DNA of 64,000 nt from Candidatus Dojkabacteria bacterium (lineage in GTDB: Bacteria; Patescibacteriota; Dojkabacteria; SC72): assembly GCA_050950165.1 (NCBI GenBank), contig JBMNHC010000001.1:657073-721072 (forward strand), given 5' to 3'. Under the pieces are notes generated by a model that made no database searches, was not told the DNA's origin, and saw only the letters and a list, made by a program, of their open reading frames with translations. Position numbers and translations under genes: made by a program. Shown one piece after another: positions 37,961 through 46,666 of the stretch (the stretch's first letter is position 1; each line of letters begins with the position of its first letter).

Positions 37961-40900
37961 GTGAAAACTGTTCATTTCAAGGTTAAAAAAAGAGATGGAA
38001 GGTTAGTACCGTTTGAGATAGAAAGAATTGAGACAGGGATATTTAAAGCTGCCGAAAGTGTTGGAGGTGATGATAGAGAGAGAGCAAAAGAGGTAGCAAG
38101 TGAGGTACTTAAGAGATTAACTAAGAAGCATAAGAAAGAGCTTTTCATTACAACTTCTGATATTGCTAAGTGCGTTAAAGAGACTCTAAAGGATATGGGG
38201 CATGGTAAGACTGCTACTGCTTTTGAGTTGTTTGTGGATCTTAACAACAAGGTAAAGAATATTAAATCGTTAATAGATGCTGAATCCTTAATTAAGGGAT
38301 ATATTAGAGAAGAGGATTGGAGAGTTAAAGAGAACAGTAATATGGCATACTCTTGGCAAGGGTTAAATAACCATATCTCTACTTCAGTTCAGGCTAATTA
38401 CTGGCTCTATACCATATATCCTAAGGTTGTTTCTAATGCTCATATAAATGCAGATTTACATATTCATGATTTAGGTATGATTGCAACATATTGCTGTGGA
38501 TGGGATTTACAGGATCTTTTGCTTAGAGGTTTTACAGGGGTACCAGGAAAGATCTCTTCTAGTCCTCCTAAGCACTTCTCTGCTGCATTGGGACAGTGTG
38601 TTAACTACTTGTATACCCTTCAGCATGAAGCAGCAGGGGCACAGGCTTTTTCTAGTTTTGATACTCTACTTGCTCCATTCATACGATATGACAAATTAAG
38701 CTACAAAGAGGTAAAACAGAAGATACAGGAGTTTCTTTTCAATATGAATGTTCCTACTAGGGTAGGATGTCAGACTCCTTTTACTAATATCACCATGGAT
38801 CTAGTACCTCACGGTATGTTAGCTAAAGAAAATGTCATCATTGGTGGTAAGCCACAGAAAGAGAAATATGGAGATTTTCAAAAAGAGATGGATATGCTAA
38901 ACAGAGCGTTTTGTGAGGTGATGATGGAGGGAGATGCACAAGGCAGACTCTTTTCATATCCCATTCCTACATACAATTTAACTAAAGATTTTGATTGGGA
39001 GAGTGATAAATACAAATCTTTGTGGGAGATGACAGCTAAATATGGTATCCCCTACTTCTCTAACTTCATTAATTCCGATATGAATCCTGATGATGCTAGA
39101 TCTATGTGTCCTTTAGCAGGAGATGAGAGGGTGTTAGTTAGGTCATCAAGAGCAAGAGGTTTAGAATTTTCTACTCTCAAAGGGATATATGAAGGAGACT
39201 TAAAAGAGCAAGAGTATGAGATATTTAGTAATGGGGGTTTCGTAAAAGGGAAGTTTGCTAAATTCAAAAACCAGAAGATGATAGAGGTTGTTCTTTTAAA
39301 TAACCATAGTATTAAGATGTCGGTTAATCATTTGAATTTTGTTTTAGAAAACAAGAAATCAGATATTAAAGAATTAACTGGTTCAGAACTTACTAAGGGT
39401 ATGTATCTTCCATATTCACTTAATCAGTATGAAGGGAGAGGTGGAGATGAAGAGTTAGGATATTTTGTAGGAGCGTTTGCAGGTAATGGGTCTTTTAATG
39501 AGGAAAGCTCTGTACTCTTTTCTCTCCCTATTAATCAAAAAAAGAGTGTTGCAGAGAAACTAATTAAGATATCTGAGAGATACTTTGGTGCTAGTTATAC
39601 AATTAAAGAGAACAAGAAGAGTAAACTTCTCATATTGGAAATATTCTCAAGAGCTGCTGTAGGTTTGTGTAAAGATTTTGTAAGTGGCAAAGGAAGAGAG
39701 AGAGTCTACACTTCTAAATTGTATGAGATGTCTAAAGAGTTTAGATTGGCAGTAATTGAAGGTCATTTAGATATAAATGGTGGGAGGAAGAATAGGATAT
39801 ATACGTCTTCATTCAAGATGGTTGAGTCTTTAAATATGTTAACAGCTACTTTAGGTACTTCAACTGCAATATATGAAGAAAGGGGGAAGAAAGGATTAGA
39901 CTTTTCTGTTTTGATATATGGGTTATGCAGAGAGAAGTATGGGGATTTCTGGTTTAAAAAAGATGGTATGTTGTGGATGAAGATTAAAGATATTAAAAAG
40001 ATTCCTAACTCTACTGCTTACTGTTTTGAGGTAAAAAACAATATTCCCATGTTTACAGTTGGTGGGAGTGGTATTCTAACTCACAACTGTAGGCTTAGAT
40101 TGGATAATAGAGAGCTAAGAAAGAGAGGTGGGGGTTTGTTTGGTGCAAATCCACTAACAGGAAGTATTGGGGTTGTAACTATTAACATGCCTAGGATTGG
40201 GTATCTAGCAAAAAATAGAAGGGATCTCTTTAAGAGGATTAATAATTTGATGGATATTGCTAAAAGGAGTTTGATGATTAAACGGTCCGCTATAGAGAAA
40301 TATATGGAGATGGGACTCTATCCATACTCTAAGTTCTACCTTAATAATATTAAAAAGAGATTTGGTGAATATTTTAAGAATCACTTTAATACAATTGGGA
40401 TATTAGGTTTGAATGAGGCGTTAATAAATTTCTTAGGTAAGGATATTACTACTAAGGAAGGAAGAGAGCTTGGCTTAGAGATTATGGACCATATGAGAGA
40501 GAGATTAATGACATATCAGATTGAGACTAATCAGCTATTCAATCTAGAGGCTACTCCAGGAGAGAGTACAACTTATAGATTTGCTAAGGCAGATAAGGCT
40601 AAATATGGAGATAAGATCATTGCGGCTTCTGATTTTGGCAAAAATCACTGTTCTGCTCCATACTACACTAACTCTTCTCAGCTTCCTGTAGGCTTCACAG
40701 ATGATGTATTTGAGGCTTTAGATATGCAGGATGACTTCCAGTGTAAATATACAGGAGGAACGGTTCTACACATCTTCTTAGGTGAGAGAATGCCATCAGC
40801 TAGGAGTGTAAGAAATTTTGTTAGAAAGGTTGCAGAAAACTACAAATTACCCTACTTCTCCATCACACCTACTTTTAGTGTATGTCCCAAACATGGATAT

Positions 40901-40984
40901 ATGTCTGGTGAACATACATATTGTCCTAAGTGTGATGCAGAGTCAGGGTATATTGATGGTATGCAATTTGAAGAAATTAAATAA
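37961..40984 (+). CDS. nrdD: Anaerobic (class III) ribonucleoside-triphosphate reductase with intein, lacking the C-terminal glycyl loop
   Basis: ATP-cone, LHIHDL, RSMC|intein|CRL, LEATPGES, YYTNSS, YTGGT, ITPTFSVCPKHG...CPKC. Confidence 0.93.
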   Translation: MKTVHFKVKKRDGRLVPFEIERIETGIFKAAESVGGDDRERAKEVASEVLKRLTKKHKKELFITTSDIAKCVKETLKDMGHGKTATAFELFVDLNNKVKNIKSLIDAESLIKGYIREEDWRVKENSNMAYSWQGLNNHISTSVQANYWLYTIYPKVVSNAHINADLHIHDLGMIATYCCGWDLQDLLLRGFTGVPGKISSSPPKHFSAALGQCVNYLYTLQHEAAGAQAFSSFDTLLAPFIRYDKLSYKEVKQKIQEFLFNMNVPTRVGCQTPFTNITMDLVPHGMLAKENVIIGGKPQKEKYGDFQKEMDMLNRAFCEVMMEGDAQGRLFSYPIPTYNLTKDFDWESDKYKSLWEMTAKYGIPYFSNFINSDMNPDDARSMCPLAGDERVLVRSSRARGLEFSTLKGIYEGDLKEQEYEIFSNGGFVKGKFAKFKNQKMIEVVLLNNHSIKMSVNHLNFVLENKKSDIKELTGSELTKGMYLPYSLNQYEGRGGDEELGYFVGAFAGNGSFNEESSVLFSLPINQKKSVAEKLIKISERYFGASYTIKENKKSKLLILEIFSRAAVGLCKDFVSGKGRERVYTSKLYEMSKEFRLAVIEGHLDINGGRKNRIYTSSFKMVESLNMLTATLGTSTAIYEERGKKGLDFSVLIYGLCREKYGDFWFKKDGMLWMKIKDIKKIPNSTAYCFEVKNNIPMFTVGGSGILTHNCRLRLDNRELRKRGGGLFGANPLTGSIGVVTINMPRIGYLAKNRRDLFKRINNLMDIAKRSLMIKRSAIEKYMEMGLYPYSKFYLNNIKKRFGEYFKNHFNTIGILGLNEALINFLGKDITTKEGRELGLEIMDHMRERLMTYQIETNQLFNLEATPGESTTYRFAKADKAKYGDKIIAASDFGKNHCSAPYYTNSSQLPVGFTDDVFEALDMQDDFQCKYTGGTVLHIFLGERMPSARSVRNFVRKVAENYKLPYFSITPTFSVCPKHGYMSGEHTYCPKCDAESGYIDGMQFEEIK
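39110..40087 (+). mobile_element. Intein (326 aa) with degenerate LAGLIDADG homing endonuclease
   Basis: PLAGDERVLV...SVNH...AYCFEV...ILTHN/C; LAGLIDADG-like GAFAGNGS and EGHLDING. Confidence 0.9.
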
Positions 40985-41004
40985 TTTTTTACTGCTCATT
41001 TAAT

Positions 41005-41142
41005 ATGACAAAGAAACCAAAAGTAGTACAGAGACAAAGGTGCGAGGTTTACTCAAGGGTTGTAGGTTACATTAGACCTGTTACACAGTGGAACCCTGGT
41101 AAACAGTCAGAGTTCTCTGATAGGAAAACATTTATAGCCTAA
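41005..41142 (+). CDS. Stand-alone NrdD glycyl-radical domain (45 aa; absent from the ORF track)
   Basis: MTKKPKVVQRQRCEVYSRVVGYIRPVTQWNPGKQSEFSDRKTFIA, containing RVVGY and WN.GK..EF.DR. Confidence 0.9.
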   Translation: MTKKPKVVQRQRCEVYSRVVGYIRPVTQWNPGKQSEFSDRKTFIA

Positions 41143-41143
41143 G

Positions 41144-41824
41144 ATGTTAATTGCTGGTTTTCAAAAATCTACACTACTAGACTATCCTGGAAAGGTAGCG
41201 GCTATTCTTTTTACATATGGGTGTAACCTTAGGTGTGAATATTGTCATAATCCTGAATTAGTAATATTGCCTTGTAAAAAAGAAACCATTATTACAGAAG
41301 AAGAGATATTCTCTTTTTTAAAAGAACGAAGGTCTCTTTTAGATGCAGTTGTAATTACAGGTGGAGAACCTACTTTACAAAAAGACTTAATTCCATTTAT
41401 TAAAAAGATTAAAAGTATGGGATATCTTGTTAAACTAGATACCAATGGTACTAACTCAAAGATTGTTAAAAAGATACTAGATTTAGATATTGTAGATTAC
41501 TGGGCAATGGATGTTAAGTACGAAAAAGAGATGTACAAACAGAATCTATACAAAGAGATTCAAAAGAGTATTAAAATGATAATGGAGAGAGCAAAAGACT
41601 ATGAATTTAGAACAACATATGTAAAAGGAATACATACAAAAGAATCAGCAGAGAGTATAGGGGGTTTAATTAAGGGAGCAAAAAGATACTATATCCAAAA
41701 CTTTAGACCAGGAAAAACCATCAACTCTACTTTAAATATGACCAACTCCTTCTCTCCCAAAGAGCTAAAGGAGATAAAAAGGATAGTTTCTAAATATGTA
41801 AAAAATACAGAGATCCGAGAATAG
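41144..41824 (+). CDS. nrdG: Anaerobic RNR activating radical SAM enzyme
   Basis: CNLRCEYCHN, ITGGEPT, KLDTNG. Confidence 0.92.
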   Translation: MLIAGFQKSTLLDYPGKVAAILFTYGCNLRCEYCHNPELVILPCKKETIITEEEIFSFLKERRSLLDAVVITGGEPTLQKDLIPFIKKIKSMGYLVKLDTNGTNSKIVKKILDLDIVDYWAMDVKYEKEMYKQNLYKEIQKSIKMIMERAKDYEFRTTYVKGIHTKESAESIGGLIKGAKRYYIQNFRPGKTINSTLNMTNSFSPKELKEIKRIVSKYVKNTEIRE

Positions 41825-41825
41825 C

Positions 41826-42476
41826 CTAATTAGGATTATCCAATACCATAACGACCTTCCCATTAATTAAAGAATCACTATTCACATCTAAATATATCGG
41901 CTTATGAACAGGATTACTAGACTTCGGGTAAAGAATAGTCATATTCTTTTCTCTCTTAATATTTTTAACAGTTGCACAACCATCTATAATAGCTAATACA
42001 ACGTCCCCATCCTCAATCTCAGCATCCTTTTGAATAATGACATACTGCCCATCTTCAATATTTTTTCCATTAACCTCTCTCATATTCATAGAATCCCCTT
42101 TAACTATTAAAGAGAAAAGATTACCCCGATTCTTTACAAGAGACTTCTCCAACTGTAGTATACCTATATTCTCCTCCTCTGCTAAAACCAGAGGATCCCC
42201 ACCATTAGCATATCCTAAAATAGGTATACCAACTAAATATTCATACAACAAATCCTCCTCAGTCTCATTAACTATATGTATACCCCTCGGTTCACTAGTT
42301 CTAATGATAAAACCCTTCCTCTCCAATGCCTCCAAATGACTTACTACTCCTCTCTTAGTAGATATATGCAACATCCTCTGTAGTTCAGTAAGAGAAGGTG
42401 CACTTCCGTTCTCTAAGTAAAAATCTCTGATTACTCTTAGAACTTTACTCTGTTTCTTTGTAAGATTTATATCCAT
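41826..42476 (-). CDS. lexA: LexA repressor
   Basis: wHTH (PSLTEL...HLEALERKG), peptidase S24 GDSM and ATVK. Confidence 0.88.
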   Translation of the reverse strand: MDINLTKKQSKVLRVIRDFYLENGSAPSLTELQRMLHISTKRGVVSHLEALERKGFIIRTSEPRGIHIVNETEEDLLYEYLVGIPILGYANGGDPLVLAEEENIGILQLEKSLVKNRGNLFSLIVKGDSMNMREVNGKNIEDGQYVIIQKDAEIEDGDVVLAIIDGCATVKNIKREKNMTILYPKSSNPVHKPIYLDVNSDSLINGKVVMVLDNPN

Positions 42477-42612
42477 ATTTTTAGGTATACCAATTTATTA
42501 CTACTAGTATACTCCTTGTGGTATACTACACAAGTACTTATAGTATACTATTGACTCCACCTCTCTATGATATATATACTTGTAATATATAACTTTTGTA
42601 TTAATTAATATA

Positions 42613-42954
42613 ATGGCAGAGGCTAAAAAGATCTACTCTCTAAATGAGATCAAATACAATGAGAAGAACAAGGCTTTAGCTATGGTTTCTTGTATCCCTC
42701 TTGTAGGTTTAATTATGCTTTTTGTAGAAAAGAAAGATCTGTTTGTCAGATACCATGCTGCACAGTTTGCTTTCTTTAACCTTATCCTCTTAGTAGGCAT
42801 TATCCCAATAATTGGTTGGATACTTTCTCCTATCTTAGGAATCATGTCCTTCATTGCATTTATAATAGGTTTAGTTAAGATAAGTGGGGGAAACAGATTT
42901 GATATACCAGTACTTTCAGGATGGGGATTAAAGTTAATGAGTGCTACTGAATAA
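42613..42954 (+). CDS. Small membrane protein (DUF4870-like)
   Basis: FVRYHAAQ, IPIIGW, F.IP..G. Confidence 0.7.
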   Translation: MAEAKKIYSLNEIKYNEKNKALAMVSCIPLVGLIMLFVEKKDLFVRYHAAQFAFFNLILLVGIIPIIGWILSPILGIMSFIAFIIGLVKISGGNRFDIPVLSGWGLKLMSATE

Positions 42955-42975
42955 ACTTCACTAACCTATCGAATT

Positions 42976-43012
42976 AAAAAAGGAGAGTGTAATTACTCTC
43001 CTTTCTTTTTTT
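42976..43012. terminator. Bidirectional intrinsic terminator
   Basis: AAAGGAGAGT / ACTCTCCTTT flanked by A- and T-tracts between convergent genes. Confidence 0.8.
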
Positions 43013-43031
43013 CTACCTTCTCTCTCTTAAC

Positions 43032-45971
43032 CTACTTAATTTCAGGTTGCCAGTTTCCTCTACCCTCCAATACTCTTACAAAGTATGACTGTAAGCTATT
43101 GATTGGGAAGTCAAAACCGTACTCCATATCTATACCGTTCTCTACTGTTAGTTGATATCCATCATATCTTTGCATATCTGATTCCCATCTACTTACATTG
43201 TCTGCTGTAAAGTCTACTGGTTCATATTTATTTATACCCTTTATCAATGACTTAGCAGTATATTGTGCTACATTAGATCCATATGTACCAATTAGATTCC
43301 ATCCAGGATAGAGAGTTATTGGAGCTCTATCTTCAGAAGATTCTAATTTTACTGGTTGTCCAACAATTGAGATAGAGATATCTCTATTAGCTTTAATAAT
43401 GTATCCTTGTCCAGGTATTAACTGAAAGTCATTATTATCATATACCTCTACATTCTGACCTACTACAGACCATTTACCATCATATTTAGAGATGGAGTAG
43501 AAGACATTACCGTATACAGAATTGAGCTTTTTTAACAGTCCTGCAGCTGTTCTACTATCAGTATAGTCGATTAAGAATGGGAATGTTACGAAGTTAAAAC
43601 CTTCTGCAAGATTGTAGTCATATGTTCTAACAACATTGGTTAATTCAATCTTAGAGGCTAAATCAGATACATTTTTGTCTACTCCTTTATCATATGCACC
43701 ATTTTTATTTACATCTATATACACCATTATATTTCCATCTTTTACTTGCAAATCTTTTTTAGACACACTAAATGCATAGAATTCTCCTTCATATGTAAAT
43801 GTGTACATACCTTCTGTTAAATTAGTAAACATTCCTGTTTGAGTATCAAGAATAAATTCACTTGTCTCTTGTGCAATACTTTTATTTGATACTCCTTTTA
43901 TATTGTTGTAGAAAGACAGAGGAGAAGAGACACATCGTTTATTTTGACACACAGCTCCGTTTGTATTACAAGTTTTATTATCATCCGATGCATTACGACA
44001 AGAAGCAACCTCTGGGCAAATCTGATCTTGAGTAATAGCTCCTCCTTTGTATCCTCCACTTTCACAATAGCAATTATCAGAATCAGGACATGGCTCGTTT
44101 ATTCCTAATATCTTAAGATTTACCGCAGATTTAATTTCACTCCCTCCTTGAGGGACTTCTTTAACCTTGAACCAGCTACAATGATACATTTTACCTACAA
44201 TATTACCACCAGAATCCTCAGTCTCAACATAGCACCTACTCCCCAACTGACATTTGGCATCTTCCCCACAATTATACACTGGTCCTGAGTATGGAGCAGT
44301 TGTTCCCCCATATCCCTCCATCTGTCCTGAACTAATCTGAATCCAACTGCCATTATGACATATATACTCCTGCCCTCTTTCATTACGTTTATAAAGATTG
44401 TTGTTTGTCCTCTCGTAACATTCCCTTACATCTTCTGGTGGAGAACTATTAGGGCCTCCATTCTGATTAGAGCTATCATCTCCATTAGGACTTACATCCC
44501 CCCCATCAGACCCCCCACTATGTCCAGAGCCCTGTCCAGTACCTGTATCACATGAACGATACGTTGTTACCTTTCCTTTTTTTCCGTTTACACAGCACTC
44601 GTCACCAGTTCTAAGAGAATGGAAAACATCCTGGGAAGTGTCAACACATCCATTAGAATCATTTGTTTTCTTTTCCTCTGATTGTTTTGGAGGCTGGATT
44701 TTCCCACCAAGATATGATTTATCATTACAAGTATTGCTATCTATAGTCTTCCATACAAAAAACCCTTTATCCCCCTTGGCACATATTTTACAATCATTAC
44801 CATACTTTACTGTAGAACCTTCTACTCCTCCACCAGAGCATTCTGGTTTTGATGTTTTAGCAAGTTCCTGTAGCCCTTGTTCCAAATTTTGTCCTCCTCC
44901 ACAACCTCTTCTTTCTAGAACTGCTGAATCACATGCACACTCTTGTCTTGTACCCCCAACACTCTCCACACACCCTCCGCAGTATGCTACAAATTGACAA
45001 CCCGATGCACTTGCACCTTTAACAACCTTACCCTTTGTACTATCTACCCTAATTAAAACATCAGGATCCTCTTTTTCTTCTGTATATCCAGATATATTAA
45101 TAACCATTGTTTCTGCAGGAGAAGACTCGCTCATACTTATTCTCTTTTTCCACTGTCCTAAAGGCCCTAAATCTAGATATACCTCTCCATATATATTAGC
45201 TATTGTTTGAGAATATTTTTCAAAGAAAAGCTCCCCTTTACTATCTACAGCCGTTGAAATATCAATATACCAAGCACCCTCCTCATTTAGAGAACTAGAA
45301 TATGTATTACTTCTCTCTCCTGAAAGCTCCTCTAGGTAGTTAAAGTAAATTACACCATCAGAGACACCAAGTAATTCCTCTATAATTAAATCCTTATTAT
45401 CCGCATTCTTAACAAAACCATACGTAGGAATTGGTGTCTCAATAGATTTTGCTACCTCTAATGTCTTAACTGTTGAATCCTTTTTAAAAAGATTAGAGTT
45501 AATAAACAGAAGACCATCTCCTACCATTACACCATACTCACTCTCTGGACTAACACCCCTTACCTCAATATGATGAGTATAGTAGGAACCCTTCTTTGTA
45601 ACAGATTTCTCTACTACAATATCATCTAAAGATACTGACAGAGAACTACTACCCCATATCTTCTCATTAGATCTTTCTGTTGCATCTAGCTCTGAGTATC
45701 TAATATCCCTAGTATCAAACCCCAATGTCTTACCAAGTGATGTAAAAGATATCGGTAATCTATTCTTCCCATCTATTACTGAAACTACTCCCTTCGTAGG
45801 AAACCTAGTAGTCCAACTAACAGTAAAAGAATTAGATGAAATATTTGTATATTTAATATCCTTAGGTAATATCCTTACAAAACCTACTATTAATATCAAA
45901 AGAAGTAAAACTCCTAAAGATATTAAAGAAATATTTAATACCTTTCTTAGTTTAAAAGATTTAATATCCAT
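43032..45971 (-). CDS. Large membrane-anchored surface protein: FN3-like N-terminus, Cys/Gly-rich core, GFNFV/GWNLIG C-terminal domain
   Basis: TM, SFTVSWTT...HHIEVRG, many Cys; shares architecture with 49715..51844. Confidence 0.75.
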   Translation of the reverse strand: MDIKSFKLRKVLNISLISLGVLLLLILIVGFVRILPKDIKYTNISSNSFTVSWTTRFPTKGVVSVIDGKNRLPISFTSLGKTLGFDTRDIRYSELDATERSNEKIWGSSSLSVSLDDIVVEKSVTKKGSYYTHHIEVRGVSPESEYGVMVGDGLLFINSNLFKKDSTVKTLEVAKSIETPIPTYGFVKNADNKDLIIEELLGVSDGVIYFNYLEELSGERSNTYSSSLNEEGAWYIDISTAVDSKGELFFEKYSQTIANIYGEVYLDLGPLGQWKKRISMSESSPAETMVINISGYTEEKEDPDVLIRVDSTKGKVVKGASASGCQFVAYCGGCVESVGGTRQECACDSAVLERRGCGGGQNLEQGLQELAKTSKPECSGGGVEGSTVKYGNDCKICAKGDKGFFVWKTIDSNTCNDKSYLGGKIQPPKQSEEKKTNDSNGCVDTSQDVFHSLRTGDECCVNGKKGKVTTYRSCDTGTGQGSGHSGGSDGGDVSPNGDDSSNQNGGPNSSPPEDVRECYERTNNNLYKRNERGQEYICHNGSWIQISSGQMEGYGGTTAPYSGPVYNCGEDAKCQLGSRCYVETEDSGGNIVGKMYHCSWFKVKEVPQGGSEIKSAVNLKILGINEPCPDSDNCYCESGGYKGGAITQDQICPEVASCRNASDDNKTCNTNGAVCQNKRCVSSPLSFYNNIKGVSNKSIAQETSEFILDTQTGMFTNLTEGMYTFTYEGEFYAFSVSKKDLQVKDGNIMVYIDVNKNGAYDKGVDKNVSDLASKIELTNVVRTYDYNLAEGFNFVTFPFLIDYTDSRTAAGLLKKLNSVYGNVFYSISKYDGKWSVVGQNVEVYDNNDFQLIPGQGYIIKANRDISISIVGQPVKLESSEDRAPITLYPGWNLIGTYGSNVAQYTAKSLIKGINKYEPVDFTADNVSRWESDMQRYDGYQLTVENGIDMEYGFDFPINSLQSYFVRVLEGRGNWQPEIK

Positions 45972-46096
45972 CTATTAAGAATTAAAATGTTACTTAATAT
46001 ATATAGTACACAGTAAAAAGAAGCAGTGCAATACTCATTTGACAATATATCCTAAACCTTTAAAATTAAACATAATTAGATAACAGAAGCATATTT

Positions 46097-46666
46097 ATGA
46101 AAAAAACAGTTAAATATCTAACCATACTACTTCTCTTTGTAATACCCTTCTGTACAAAAACATTTGGGGAAGAACTACTCTATACCCCTCATCCTAATTT
46201 TGACTATGTTGCTGTTAATAACATATTAGCTTCGAAAGAAGAAGAAGGATTTTTAAAAATATATAGAGACGATGTAATTAAAATTGCTGGTATTGGGGAA
46301 GTAGGTAAGAAAATTGTAATATCTTTGGACAAGGAGAAATATGAAACTACTGTAGATCAATATGGTAACTGGTTTGTGATCTTCTCTGTACAAGATTTAG
46401 ATATGGGCTCATATCCTGTTACAATTGAAATAGGTAATTCTAAAAAGAAAGAGCATTTAATTACACTCATTGTTGAGAAGGGAGATAGAGTGGAGATGAA
46501 TAACAGTTTAAATCAAGAAAATGAACAGAATTCTGGAGTAGTAAGAGTAGGAGAGATTGAAATAGATTCAAAAACTAAGAATATACTATGTATAATATTA
46601 CTACCTACTCTTTTTGTAATAGGGGTTGTAGTTGGAATATATATTGGTAAAAGGATTAAGAAATAG
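46097..46666 (+). CDS. Secreted Ig-like protein with C-terminal TM anchor
   Basis: Signal peptide, TVDQYGNW, C-terminal TM followed by a basic tail. Confidence 0.65.
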   Translation: MKKTVKYLTILLLFVIPFCTKTFGEELLYTPHPNFDYVAVNNILASKEEEGFLKIYRDDVIKIAGIGEVGKKIVISLDKEKYETTVDQYGNWFVIFSVQDLDMGSYPVTIEIGNSKKKEHLITLIVEKGDRVEMNNSLNQENEQNSGVVRVGEIEIDSKTKNILCIILLPTLFVIGVVVGIYIGKRIKK

